Program-made: the position numbers and the translations under genes
Notes under the pieces: generated by a model
What the model was told of the DNA's origin: nothing
Databases searched by the model: none
What the model saw: only the letters and a program-made list of their open reading frames with translations
Source: Candidatus Micrarchaeota archaeon
GTDB taxonomy: Archaea > Micrarchaeota > Micrarchaeia > Micrarchaeales > CABMGC01
Reading direction: 5' to 3'
Length of the DNA: 64,000 bases
Assembly: GCA_028867335.1 (NCBI GenBank)
Contig: JAGWGN010000001.1
Span: 22,910 to 86,909, forward strand
Shown: piece after piece, positions 18,604 to 28,516 of the stretch
How positions within the stretch are numbered: position 1 is the stretch's first letter
Layout of the letters: every line of letters begins with the position of its first letter

Positions 18604-18701
18604 AGTTCCACTAATGGTGTTGGTTATATATAATATACAAATAATAAATCATCATTAGTTCCATTGTTTTGAATTTTGCTTTTTCAAATATTAGTGGAAC
18701 T
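18604..18701. promoter_or_regulatory. Inverted 12-bp repeat flanking an AT-rich tract (operator or mini-ORB-like)
   Basis: AGTTCCACTAAT 18604-18615, ATTAGTGGAACT 18690-18701, partial copy AGTTCCATT at 18657. Confidence 0.6.
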
Positions 18702-18747
18702 CTGCACTGGCAGTATGAAAGTGATTTAAGTTTGTTTTGGTGTATTT

Positions 18748-19215
18748 GTGGAAATCTCTGTAGATCAGCTTTTCAACATGATCCAGGCGGAAAAGAAAAC
18801 AGGGGAGGTAATTCCCCTTCCTAGGGACTTCTACAGAAACGCGATCCAAAAGCTCAGCAAGCTTGAGCAGATCCAGGAGGACCAGCAGCACTCTGGGAAC
18901 TTCAAGAAACTGCTTTCGCAGGTGAGGGAGAGGCGGGTACAGAAGCTATTAATATATTTGGCGTACAATAAACAATTACCTAGTCTGGTTCCTGAAGAGG
19001 AGGAAGAACTCTACAGAGGCATCAAGGCGCTCCTCGACAAAAAGGAGGCAGGTGTGACAAAGGTCCGCAAGATAAGGATAATCGCGGAGACACCGGAGCT
19101 TGTGATGCCAAACGGCGGCAAGAGCGGCCCGTACAAGGAGCACCAGGTAATAGAGACGACGGACAACTACGAGGCGGAATTCCTACTCAACAACAAGCTT
19201 GGCGAGCAAATCTAA
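18748..19215 (+). CDS. GINS15-like replication protein
   Basis: LPRDFY motif, RERRVQKLL helix, C-terminal B-domain; canonical position upstream of L44e. Confidence 0.75.
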   Translation: MEISVDQLFNMIQAEKKTGEVIPLPRDFYRNAIQKLSKLEQIQEDQQHSGNFKKLLSQVRERRVQKLLIYLAYNKQLPSLVPEEEEELYRGIKALLDKKEAGVTKVRKIRIIAETPELVMPNGGKSGPYKEHQVIETTDNYEAEFLLNNKLGEQI

Positions 19216-19224
19216 AGTGATGAA

Positions 19225-19518
19225 ATGAAGATAACAAAAGAACTTATGGCATACTGCCCCTACTGCAACAAGCACACGGAGCACACGGTTACGAAGATAC
19301 AAGCTTCAAAGCCGGCAAACCCAAGCAGGGGAATGAGCGTGAGCAACAGGAGGCACAACCGAAAGATCAGGGGATTCGTAGGAAAGGTCAAGGCCAAGAC
19401 CCCGGTTAAGAAGCTTGGAAAGAAGCAGAAGGCGATTTTGCAGTGCAAGGAGTGCAAGAAGTCGATAGAGCGGGTCTTCGGAAACAAGACCAAGAAGAAG
19501 CTTGAGATCAAGCGCTGA
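19225..19518 (+). CDS. rpl44e: 50S ribosomal protein L44e
   Basis: YCPYCNKHTEH...CKECKK. Confidence 0.92.
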   Translation: MKITKELMAYCPYCNKHTEHTVTKIQASKPANPSRGMSVSNRRHNRKIRGFVGKVKAKTPVKKLGKKQKAILQCKECKKSIERVFGNKTKKKLEIKR

Positions 19519-19523
19519 ATTAC

Positions 19524-20288
19524 ATGATAATACCAAAGCCAATGCCTGAAGTTGGCGAACTTGTTCTGATAAGGGTAAAGAAGGTGATGCCCTTCGGCGC
19601 ATACTGCGAGCTCACCGAGTATAGTAACCACGACGCGTACATCCCGATAAAGGAGGTCGCATCGGGGTGGATCAAGAACATCCACGAGTTCGTAAAGGAG
19701 GGCCACAGGGGCGTCGGGAAGATAGTCTACATAGACAAGGAGAAGAAGGCAATCGATATCTCGCTAAAGAAGGTCACAAAGAAGGAGGAGAAGGACAAGG
19801 TCAACGACGCAAACCTGGAGAAGAGGGCCGAGAACCTCTTCACGCAGGCGGTCGCGGCTGCAGGGCTCAAGGAGAAGACCCAGGAACTCCTATCCGAAAT
19901 CACAAAGAAGTACCAGACCTACACGGAGATAATCAACACGTTTGTCGACGGCAAGGATGCGTTTGAGGGGATGAAGGTAAACCCAAAGTTCACCCTTGCG
20001 ATCAAGGAGATAGTCGCAAAGAACATCAAGCCGAAGATCTACCAGGTGGCGTACATCGCCGAGGTCACGGTCTACGACACAAAGAACGGGATCTCACTGA
20101 TAAAGAAGGCGTTCAAGGAGGTCGAGAAGCTCGGAGTATCAATCAACTATCTTGGCGCGCCAAGATATAAACTTCTCTCGGAGGATTCAAGCTATCCGAA
20201 GGCAGAGGAGAGGATAAAGAACGCGAATACGATACTCGAGAAGATCCTCGTGGACAGCACAATCAACCTCAAGAAGGACAAGGTATAG
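19524..20288 (+). CDS. eif2a: Translation initiation factor aIF-2 alpha
   Basis: PEVGELVL S1 domain, EVASGWIKNI, IDISLKKV, YLGAPRY. Confidence 0.93.
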   Translation: MIIPKPMPEVGELVLIRVKKVMPFGAYCELTEYSNHDAYIPIKEVASGWIKNIHEFVKEGHRGVGKIVYIDKEKKAIDISLKKVTKKEEKDKVNDANLEKRAENLFTQAVAAAGLKEKTQELLSEITKKYQTYTEIINTFVDGKDAFEGMKVNPKFTLAIKEIVAKNIKPKIYQVAYIAEVTVYDTKNGISLIKKAFKEVEKLGVSINYLGAPRYKLLSEDSSYPKAEERIKNANTILEKILVDSTINLKKDKV

Positions 20289-20292
20289 TCTC

Positions 20293-21060
20293 ATGCACAA
20301 CACCAAGATCTACTGCAACAAGTCGGTGAAGCCGAGGAACCCGATACTTCTAGTCGGACTTCCGGGGATCGGAAACGTCGGAAGCCTCGTGGGCGAGCAC
20401 GTTAAGAACGAGCTCAAGGCAAACAAGTTCGCAACGCTATATTCCCCACATTTCCCCCACCAGGTGCTGATGCTAAAGTCAGGAGGCATAAGGCTGGTGA
20501 GCAACAGGTTCTACCACTGGAAGAACCCTTCCAAGGACAAGAAGGCAAGAGACCTCATCATCCTTGTCGGCGATTTCCAGGCGCTCTCCTCAGAAGGCCA
20601 GTACGAGATAAACGAGAAGATAGTCGAGTTCTACAAGAAGATGGGGGGCAAGATGATCTATACCGTCGGCGGCTACAACACGAGCAACCAGTACATAAAG
20701 GAGCCGAGGGTTTTTGCCGTCACAACGGACAAGGCAACAATCCCTGCGCTAAAGAGCAAGGGGGTGATATTCGGCCAGGCATCCGGAATGATCTGGGGAT
20801 CTGCAGGATTGCTGCTCGCTTTTGCAAAGAAGCACAAGCTGACCGGAACCTGCATCATGGGCGAAACAGGCATGCTTGAGGTCGACGCGCACGCCGCAAA
20901 GGCGGTTTTGGACATCCTCGTCAAGGAGCTGGGCCTAAAGATCGACCTAGACAACATGGAGAAGATAAGCCAGGAGACCCAGAAGATGATGAAGGCGATG
21001 GAGGAGGCAATGCAAAAGGAGAGCCAGGGGAACAAGGAGAACTTCACATACATCAGATAA
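20293..21060 (+). CDS. PAC2 / proteasome assembly chaperone family protein (COG2047)
   Basis: GLPGIGNVG, YSPHFPHQV, CIMGET, C-terminal YIR. Confidence 0.9.
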   Translation: MHNTKIYCNKSVKPRNPILLVGLPGIGNVGSLVGEHVKNELKANKFATLYSPHFPHQVLMLKSGGIRLVSNRFYHWKNPSKDKKARDLIILVGDFQALSSEGQYEINEKIVEFYKKMGGKMIYTVGGYNTSNQYIKEPRVFAVTTDKATIPALKSKGVIFGQASGMIWGSAGLLLAFAKKHKLTGTCIMGETGMLEVDAHAAKAVLDILVKELGLKIDLDNMEKISQETQKMMKAMEEAMQKESQGNKENFTYIR

Positions 21061-21072
21061 TTCCTATTTCAT

Positions 21073-21148
21073 GCGAGTGTAGTCTAGCCTGGTAGGACAT
21101 GGCCTTCCCAAGGCTATAACCCGGGTTCAAATCCCGGCACTCGCACCA
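21073..21148 (+). tRNA. tRNA-Gly(CCC)
   Basis: GCGAGTG/CACTCGC acceptor; TGGCC-TTCCCAA-GGCTA; CCA encoded. Confidence 0.95.
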
Positions 21149-21371
21149 CCTTTATAAAACAAAACTCAAACTTAGGTATAAAAACAAGGCAAGAAAAGGT
21201 ATTTCCTATAAATTAATCGTAAGAATAACCATTCGTGACGGCACCGTCAAAGAACTACAAACCGATATCACAATTTAATTGGCTTGTATTACAAAATCAC
21301 AAACATCCTTGTTTTAAACGCCCGATAAATCACTCTTTTAAAGCGGGAAAACCGAATAATATTGTGAATCA

Positions 21372-21722
21372 ATGGAATACTCTAAAATCACACTTGGTAG
21401 AAGCTCGTTGCCTAGGATAGTTGAGAAAACGCTCACAATATACAACGAAAAGGCGAAAACCCCATCCGATATGGTTGATGGCCTAAAGGTCAAGTCTTTG
21501 CTCAGAGTCCAGGATGGGCAGGTAGTATTTGTCTCAAAAGCGACAAACCAGTATGAAAAATGCAGAGAGAACGAACTTCACCTAGCAGTTATCGGCGCAG
21601 AGCAGGAGATTTTAAAGGAGGAGCTGATAGAAATTGCGAGGCAAACCGACCTTCTCGCCAACACAAAACAGGAAATGACCAACACGTTCACAAATTACGC
21701 TAAGATATTCAACTTCTCGTAA
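21372..21722 (+). CDS. Hypothetical protein
   Basis: 116-aa ORF in an otherwise empty gap. Confidence 0.55.
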   Translation: MEYSKITLGRSSLPRIVEKTLTIYNEKAKTPSDMVDGLKVKSLLRVQDGQVVFVSKATNQYEKCRENELHLAVIGAEQEILKEELIEIARQTDLLANTKQEMTNTFTNYAKIFNFS

Positions 21723-21736
21723 AAACAGAAAGGAAA

Positions 21737-22402
21737 TCAAATTATCAAAAGCAGCAGAAGGCTCGCAGCCCAGCCTGCAACAGAGCAGAGGAAGTTTGTC
21801 GTGAACTTGTTTCCTATTCCCTGCTCCTCCCAGTAGCCCACGATGGAATCCACAAGGTTCCCGATCAGGCCAGCGATTATCACAACCACTAGCAGAACCC
21901 CGTAGTTTGATATATTGACCATGGTGACCCCTATCAGAAGGGATCCCAGAAGTCCGGCGCCAATTCCGAACGCCGTTATCCCTCCCGATGTCCCCTGCCT
22001 GACCTTCTTTAGGGTCATGAGCATTATCGGCTTTGCGCCGAGAACGCCTATCTCGCTTGAGAACTTGTCAGCGGTAATCGCTGCAACGCTCGCCACATAG
22101 GAGACGATTATGAAGCTATTTGGCATTATCGAGCCGTTTGAGTTGAAGTAGTAGAGCACTGTGATCAGCAGCGGGACGATGCCGTTTGCCACAACGTTGT
22201 TCCAGCTCCTGTACCTTTGGTAGACCCCGATCATCTTCTTCCTACGCCTGCCGATCCAGGTCACGATCCCGGAGAGCACAAGGAACCAGAGCATCACCAA
22301 AAGAAAGAATGGCCCCATGCTCCCCCCGAAGAACAAAATACCGATTCCTAAGACGACAGCGGCGAGTATCCCGTACCTATCCAAAGTCAAAAAGTTGATC
22401 AT
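21737..22402 (-). CDS. DUF92 / TMEM19 family membrane protein
   Basis: RSWNNVVANG, ADKFSSEIG, GTSGGIT, NLVDSIVG. Confidence 0.9.
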   Translation of the reverse strand: MINFLTLDRYGILAAVVLGIGILFFGGSMGPFFLLVMLWFLVLSGIVTWIGRRRKKMIGVYQRYRSWNNVVANGIVPLLITVLYYFNSNGSIMPNSFIIVSYVASVAAITADKFSSEIGVLGAKPIMLMTLKKVRQGTSGGITAFGIGAGLLGSLLIGVTMVNISNYGVLLVVVIIAGLIGNLVDSIVGYWEEQGIGNKFTTNFLCSVAGWAASLLLLLII

Positions 22403-22477
22403 GTTATCCTTCCATTTTTATGAAATATTCCACTAAAAACATACGTTTTTAAATCTTAAATCCGCCAATATACTTAC

Positions 22478-22560
22478 GGGTTCTCTACTGTAGGAAGGGT
22501 TAAACTGGTCGCCTTGCCAGTCCGTGCAAACGGATTGGCCTCTTCCTAATCTTACACCTT
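22478..22560 (+). ncRNA. Candidate small structured RNA
   Basis: Nested stems with a GCAA tetraloop about 30 bp downstream of a TATA-like box; see findings. Confidence 0.4.
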
Positions 22561-22706
22561 CTACTGTCATCTCCGATCCTAAATTTTCACTATCATCATT
22601 TATCTCTACTTATATATTCTTTACGCTCGGAAATGGGCCGTTTTTCGAAGGGTTAATATTCCTATTTCACCCTATATTACATACATCATTTTCTATAGTG
22701 GCTGCA

Positions 22707-23657
22707 ATGGCAAAGGAGAAAGGGGTAAAAAGCATCGAGGATCTTCCAGGAATCGGTCCTACCTCAGCCCAAAAGCTAATCACCGCAGGCTACGACACGC
22801 TAGACAAGGTCGCGGCAGCCCTGGCAGGCGAGCTCTCAGACACCACCGGCATCTCGGTCGAGGTCGCAAAGAAGGCGATCGAGGGGGCAAAGCAGGCAAC
22901 GACCCTCGAGTTCCAGACCGGAACCGAGGCGTACGAGACCACAAAGGCGCTGGGTAAGATAAGCACCGGCTCAAAGAGCTTTGACGACCTGATCGGCGGA
23001 GGAGTGGAGGTCAAGGCGATAACGGAGGCTTACGGGAGGTTTGCCTCCGGAAAGTCCCAGATAGGCTTCACACTGACCGTCAATGCCCAGCTCCCTATCT
23101 CCAAAGGGGGGCTTGACGGTGCGGTTCTATTCATCGACACGGAAGGGACCTTCAGCCCGGAGAGGATCGAGAGCATAGCCAAGGCGGCCGACCTTGACCC
23201 AAAGAAGGTCCTCGAGAACATCTTTTTGGTGAGGGCCCAGACAACCGAGCAGCAGATCCTCACCGCCGAGCGCGCAGACAAGCTGATCAAGGAAAAGAAC
23301 ATCAAGCTGATAGTGGTTGATTCCCTGACGTCCCTGTTCAGGGCGGAGTTCCTCGGCAGGGGGACGCTAAACGAGAGGCAGCAAAAGCTCAATGCGCACA
23401 TCCACAAGCTCCAGATGCTGGCCGACACGCACAACATAGCGGTCTATATCACAAACCAGGTCATGGACAACCCGGGAATCCTATTCGGCGACCCGACGAC
23501 CCCGATCGGGGGAAACATCCTCGCTCACGCCGCAAAGACGAGGCTGTACATGAGGAAGGGAAAGGAGGACAAGAGGATCGTAAGGCTGGTCGACTCCCCG
23601 AGCATGCCTGAGGGCGAGGCAGTCATAAAGATAACCACGGATGGAATAAGGGACTAG
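22707..23657 (+). CDS. radA: DNA repair and recombination protein RadA
   Basis: HhH DLPGIG, GRFASGKSQ, IDTEGTF, VDSLTSLFRAE, LVDSP. Confidence 0.97.
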   Translation: MAKEKGVKSIEDLPGIGPTSAQKLITAGYDTLDKVAAALAGELSDTTGISVEVAKKAIEGAKQATTLEFQTGTEAYETTKALGKISTGSKSFDDLIGGGVEVKAITEAYGRFASGKSQIGFTLTVNAQLPISKGGLDGAVLFIDTEGTFSPERIESIAKAADLDPKKVLENIFLVRAQTTEQQILTAERADKLIKEKNIKLIVVDSLTSLFRAEFLGRGTLNERQQKLNAHIHKLQMLADTHNIAVYITNQVMDNPGILFGDPTTPIGGNILAHAAKTRLYMRKGKEDKRIVRLVDSPSMPEGEAVIKITTDGIRD

Positions 23658-23664
23658 TGTTTCA

Positions 23665-24432
23665 ATGCTCTTTCTAATCGGAATGGGACTAAGCCACAGG
23701 GAGATCCCAAGCAACGCACTCGGGGCGATAGCCGATGCGGATGAGGTACTGGTTGATCAGTACACAAACTTCATCACCGACGAGGACCTGGCATCAATCG
23801 GCGAGGATTTGGGGGTGAGCCTGATCTTGCTAAGCCGCTCGGACCTTGAGGAGAACGCAAAGTTGATGGTCGAGCGGGCAAGGACAAGGAAGATCGCAAT
23901 CCTTGTCTCCGGAGATCCGCTGATTGCGACAACCCACCACACAATACTCGATCTGGCGCACAAAATGAAGGTTGAGTATAGGGTTTATCACGCAGCGTCA
24001 ATCTTCTCTGCGGGAATCGGGGAGAGCGGACTTGACATCTACAAGTTCGGTCCAACAACGACGCTTGCCTTCTGGAGCGACAACTACAAGCCCCTCTCCC
24101 ACATAGATGTGATAAAGAAAAATCTGGAGGCAGGCGAGCACACGATGTGCCTGCTCGACTACCACTACGCAGAGAAGAGGAGGATGCGCCTTGCAGAGGC
24201 TCTCTCGCTGCTGCACGGCGCCGACAGGCAGAGAGACTACAACATCCTAAAGCACGAGACAAAGATACTCGTCCTAGGCGACATCGGAAAGGAGACCCAG
24301 AAGATCGCATACCTTGGGATCGCAAAGATTGGGAAGGAGGAACTGAGGATGTTTGAGGGGAAGGTCCTAACCATAATAATCCCTGCGAAGCTCAACTTTG
24401 CGGAGGAGGAGGCTCTGCTTAAGTTTTCCTAA
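23665..24432 (+). CDS. dph5: Diphthine synthase
   Basis: LFLIGMGL, GDPLIATTH, GLDIYKFG, HTMCLLD. Confidence 0.93.
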   Translation: MLFLIGMGLSHREIPSNALGAIADADEVLVDQYTNFITDEDLASIGEDLGVSLILLSRSDLEENAKLMVERARTRKIAILVSGDPLIATTHHTILDLAHKMKVEYRVYHAASIFSAGIGESGLDIYKFGPTTTLAFWSDNYKPLSHIDVIKKNLEAGEHTMCLLDYHYAEKRRMRLAEALSLLHGADRQRDYNILKHETKILVLGDIGKETQKIAYLGIAKIGKEELRMFEGKVLTIIIPAKLNFAEEEALLKFS

Positions 24433-25468
24433 CTCCCCCCTTCCAGTACCTGAGTGTGTAGGCAAGAGAGGAGAACCCGAAGAGCTGCACGAACCAGATG
24501 TTAACAAGCCTGGAGAATATCGTAATCACGGAGGCAAGGCCTAGCGTTATTCCGAATCCCCCGAAGAACGCCACAAGGAAGCCGAGCAGCGTCGCGTCAG
24601 TCACGCCTATGTTTCCCGGAAGGCCGGTCACCATCCCAAGCATCGTGGAGATCGAGGAGATGAATATTATCGTGGGCAAATAAGCATACCCCACGTTTAT
24701 CCCGAAGGCGAGCATCACAAAGTAGAGGCTAAGCCCGCTTAGGATCATCGCCGGGATCGTGTAGGCCATAGAGTAGAGGTAAACCCTCTTGCCAAGCAGC
24801 TTGTTGTGTATGAAATACTTGTCCCCGACCTCAAAGAGCTTCTTGAAAATTGCGTATTTCCTCAGCCTTGTGCTAAATATCGAGTACGCCGCCTTGTTGT
24901 AGAGGAAGATGAACGGTATGAGCAAGAGCAGGCTCGCGACAATAGAGACAAGCACGTACTGCTTTACCAAAAGCGCCGAGGCGACAGCGACAATCGAAAA
25001 GCCGGCGAAATCGGTGAAGATGTCCGCCACGACCGCAGGGAAGGTCTTGCTGAACTTCACGTTGGTGAGCCTGTTTATCGTATAGGACACAATCGCCCTC
25101 CCCCATCTTCCAGGGGTTATGTCCATCGAGTACATCGAGAGGTATATCATGAAGTTCTTGCTGCGCTCTATCTTAACGCCCAGCCTGTTTGTGTACATCT
25201 CCCACTTCGGGAACCGCACCGCGTATCCCGCAAACACCACCACCACGGCTATTAGATAGTAGAAGAGGTTTATCGACTCGACGCTTTTGACAAATGTGTC
25301 CACCCCCTCGTTTAGTATCGCAAATGCCGCGATCGCGATGAAGACGACAAAGCTTAGCAGCATGATGAGTATGAGTATCTTCTCGTATCCGCGTATGCGC
25401 TCTCTGTAGTCGGAGCTCCTCTTTATGTCCCCAAGCCCGAATCCTACCCCGCGAGATTTTTTTGCCAT
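24419..25468 (-). CDS. UPF0104 / lysylphosphatidylglycerol synthase TM (flippase-like) protein
   Basis: Multi-TM, ITPGRWG, LPGNIGVTDA, FSRLVNIW. Confidence 0.8.
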   Translation of the reverse strand: MAKKSRGVGFGLGDIKRSSDYRERIRGYEKILILIMLLSFVVFIAIAAFAILNEGVDTFVKSVESINLFYYLIAVVVVFAGYAVRFPKWEMYTNRLGVKIERSKNFMIYLSMYSMDITPGRWGRAIVSYTINRLTNVKFSKTFPAVVADIFTDFAGFSIVAVASALLVKQYVLVSIVASLLLLIPFIFLYNKAAYSIFSTRLRKYAIFKKLFEVGDKYFIHNKLLGKRVYLYSMAYTIPAMILSGLSLYFVMLAFGINVGYAYLPTIIFISSISTMLGMVTGLPGNIGVTDATLLGFLVAFFGGFGITLGLASVITIFSRLVNIWFVQLFGFSSLAYTLRYWKGGVRKT

Positions 25469-25473
25469 CCTAC

Positions 25474-26493
25474 TCACTTCTCGAAATTTATTATCCTCCT
25501 GTTTGCAGCCTCCTCGTTTGCGCACAGAAGCACCACCTTGCTGTGCTCGTGGTAATCCGCCACCAGGTATCCGGAGCGCTGCGCAATCTGCTGCGCAAAC
25601 TCAATCACCTCCTCCTTCTTTGGCATGTGGTTATAGGTGAGGTGCCTGTCCTCCCCCCTTGCCCCACCCACAAACACAAAACCCTTGACTTCGACATAGT
25701 CCGGCCTGCCCTTTGCGACAAGATCCGCGTAGCCCTGGGCATCAGTCATGTTTATCCCGCGGACCAGCGTGAGCCTAAAGACCCTGCGCGTTTGCAGCGT
25801 TGAGAAGACCTTGAGGAACTCCTGGAAATTCTGCCAGGCATTGAGCGTCTTCGCCCTGGCGAGCTGCTCGTAGACCGCAGGGTTCGGGGCCTGTATGGAG
25901 ACGTAGAGCTGAGTTGGCATCACGCTCAGCCTCTTTAGCGCCTGCACCATCGTCCCGTTGGTCACAAGGAAGGTGCTGATCTTCCTTCTGTGGAATGCGT
26001 CAAGAAGCTTGCTCATCAGCGGATAAAACATCGGCTCGCCAGTGAGGCTGAGCGCGACATGCGCCGGGTCGTTTGCCTCCCTCCATCGCTTCAAATCCGT
26101 CTTCAGATTCTCCTTGTATCCTGAGACCAGCTTCCTCTGCTCGTCTATTAGCCCCTCCACAATCGAGTCAGGGTCGTCCCAGTTTCCAAGTGCGTTGAGC
26201 TCATTCCAGTTTATACCTATCTCCTCAGGGATTATCCTCCAGCAGAAGCTGCAGGCAAGGTTGCACCCTATCGCGGGCGTCGACTGCATGCATCTCCAGC
26301 TCTGTATCCCGTAGAACTGGTGCTTGTAGCATGTTGCACCCTCAAGCCGCATGCTGTCCGCGGTGTAAAAGCAGGTCTTTATCGCCGAGTGCTTGCCGAC
26401 AAAGTGGTACCCCTGCCTGACCATCATTGTCTTAAGCTCCTGCGGGACGTGCGGCTCGCTCTGTGCCTGGACCATGCTACTCTCCTGTCCCAT
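25474..26493 (-). CDS. taw1: 4-demethylwyosine synthase Taw1/TYW1 (radical SAM)
   Basis: HSAIKTC, CYKHQFYGI, CNLACSFCWR, LSLTGEP, YVEVKG. Confidence 0.95.
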   Translation of the reverse strand: MGQESSMVQAQSEPHVPQELKTMMVRQGYHFVGKHSAIKTCFYTADSMRLEGATCYKHQFYGIQSWRCMQSTPAIGCNLACSFCWRIIPEEIGINWNELNALGNWDDPDSIVEGLIDEQRKLVSGYKENLKTDLKRWREANDPAHVALSLTGEPMFYPLMSKLLDAFHRRKISTFLVTNGTMVQALKRLSVMPTQLYVSIQAPNPAVYEQLARAKTLNAWQNFQEFLKVFSTLQTRRVFRLTLVRGINMTDAQGYADLVAKGRPDYVEVKGFVFVGGARGEDRHLTYNHMPKKEEVIEFAQQIAQRSGYLVADYHEHSKVVLLCANEEAANRRIINFEK

Positions 26494-26544
26494 CTAAGCG
26501 CCTTTGTAGTAATAGAAAATAAGAATATTATAAACTTGCTGGAA

Positions 26545-27255
26545 CTATCTCTTGATTGCCTTGATTATGAGAGTACTTATTACCTTTATTCCCTCCTTGC
26601 TCTTCTTTGTGGACACTGATGTTCCTGCATTTCGGACGCCCACCTCATCAAGTAGCGCATCAACATCCTCTCCGTCTATCGCAAAAATTCCGAAATTGTA
26701 AAGCGGGTTCCCTGCGCCAAACAGCTTACCCCCCTCCATCTCAACAAATTCAATCCCTCTGGCGATGAGCCAATCGCTGTGGTGGGCGCTGAAAATAATC
26801 TTTCCTCCAGTTTTTGAGACTCGTGCCATTTCTTTCACTGCGTACTTTAAGAAAGGCCCTACAAAATCAATTCCATTGAAGCTAAAGGTCTTTTCGAAAA
26901 CTCCCTCCCTAAAAGGCAAGTAAGCCATGTCCGCCTGAACATAATTTGCCTCCCTGTTTCTCTTTGCGCCGACCCTGACCGCCTCCCATGCCACGTCTAT
27001 CCCAACGTAAAAACTATTTTTTGCAAGTCTTAGGTAGCGTCCGCTCCCGCATGCTGTTTCAAGAACGGGCCAATTCTTGGTCAAAAACAGCTTAACGTTG
27101 TAGCTTGTCGATTTGGTGCATCCCCCGTCAGGGTCCTTCCTCCACATTCGCTCCCAAACCTCCTTTCGATCAAGCGGTTCCTCCCTAATCTCACTTAAGA
27201 GTTCTTTGAGCACTCCATTGAGCTGCCCTTTGCGGGCCTTTGAAACTTTTGCCAT
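26545..27255 (-). CDS. Class I SAM-dependent methyltransferase
   Basis: VLETACGSG, GIDVA, ADMAYLPF, EMARVSKTGG. Confidence 0.85.
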   Translation of the reverse strand: MAKVSKARKGQLNGVLKELLSEIREEPLDRKEVWERMWRKDPDGGCTKSTSYNVKLFLTKNWPVLETACGSGRYLRLAKNSFYVGIDVAWEAVRVGAKRNREANYVQADMAYLPFREGVFEKTFSFNGIDFVGPFLKYAVKEMARVSKTGGKIIFSAHHSDWLIARGIEFVEMEGGKLFGAGNPLYNFGIFAIDGEDVDALLDEVGVRNAGTSVSTKKSKEGIKVISTLIIKAIKR

Positions 27256-27360
27256 GGTATAGGATTGGGCGGGGCATTTTTAAGCGTATCCGAGCCTTCG
27301 TATAAAACCCGTTTCTCAATCTTATTTATACCTTGATAGCGATTGATTGTTTAGGATTCA

Positions 27361-28509
27361 ATGGCACTTGCACTCGAGCTCAAAGGCGAAAAGGTATACG
27401 CCGCGGACCATCCGACAAAGGATGTGCTTGGCAAGAGCAGCTACGGCAAGATTGCAAAGGGGAGGCTCGAGCTTCTTCCAGAGGAGGCGCTCTATTTGAT
27501 GGACGTGCGCAACGCAGGGTGCAAAGCAAACAAGAAACAAATAACATTCACTTCGCTAGCACGCAAATTCTCAAACAGAAAGCTGATGTCTAGGTACTTC
27601 GCATACAAGGACTGGAGGGACAGGGGTCTGATTCTGCGCAGCCCAACACTTGGCCACATCTCGCCGCACGCGACCCCGATCAAGAGATACCCCGGCGGGA
27701 AGATAAAGCTGCCAGGCTACAGGCTAAAGGGCGCATTCTTTCCGCACGACCTGATGTCAGTTCTCGAGGACGACGCCAAGGGCAAGTACCTCTATGAGAA
27801 CTACTGGCTGGGTCAGTACGGGACCTACAAGGCAGCCGATAGGGGCAGGCTAAACAAGCTCGACGCCTACGAGACGCTCTTTCTGATGGACAAGGGAAGG
27901 CTCACACTCAGCAACGCGACAAAGGCCAAGGTCGCATCCATTGCAAGGAAGAGGCGGGCGGATTTCCCAAAGCTCTACGAGGTCTACAGGGACTGGAGGG
28001 AGCACGGATACGTGATAAAGACGGGCTTCAAGTTCGGCACGCATTTTAGGGTCTACTTCCCCGGGGCAAGGCCGATAAAGGACGACAACTGGGTGCACTC
28101 AAAGCACGTCATACACGTCTTTCCAAAGGAGTCAAAGCTCCTGATCTCAGAGTGGGCGAGGGCGATCAGGGTTGCGCACTCGGTTAGAAAGACATTCATC
28201 CTTGCGATTCCGGGAAAGGCAAGGGCCAAGGGAGGCGAGATCGACTTCATGCTATACCACAGAAAAGGCGGTGACACCGAGAGTCCGGACAAATCCCCTC
28301 CTAAGTTTGCGATGCTCTCGCTGGGCGAGGAGGAGTACATAGGGGGTAGCGAGCTATCTGGGGCGATAAGAAGCGCGCAGGGAAAGAGACTGGAACTCGT
28401 CCTTGCGATTGCAGACCGCGAGACCGCAGTAACATACTACAGGGTCAAGAGGATAGAGCTTCCTGGAAGCAAACACGACTACTACGAGATAGACTGGATG
28501 CAGCCATAG
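27361..28509 (+). CDS. endA: tRNA splicing endonuclease, three-unit epsilon2-like
   Basis: 382 aa with repeated EndA units (LELLPEEALYL / YKDWRDRG and YRDWREHGYVIKTGFKFGTHFRVY), VAHSVRK. Confidence 0.9.
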   Translation: MALALELKGEKVYAADHPTKDVLGKSSYGKIAKGRLELLPEEALYLMDVRNAGCKANKKQITFTSLARKFSNRKLMSRYFAYKDWRDRGLILRSPTLGHISPHATPIKRYPGGKIKLPGYRLKGAFFPHDLMSVLEDDAKGKYLYENYWLGQYGTYKAADRGRLNKLDAYETLFLMDKGRLTLSNATKAKVASIARKRRADFPKLYEVYRDWREHGYVIKTGFKFGTHFRVYFPGARPIKDDNWVHSKHVIHVFPKESKLLISEWARAIRVAHSVRKTFILAIPGKARAKGGEIDFMLYHRKGGDTESPDKSPPKFAMLSLGEEEYIGGSELSGAIRSAQGKRLELVLAIADRETAVTYYRVKRIELPGSKHDYYEIDWMQP

Positions 28510-28516
28510 TGATGCC

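Noticed and set aside
22524..22706. N-terminal extension of RadA
   Set aside because: Covers AT-rich promoter DNA; homology starts at MAKEK.
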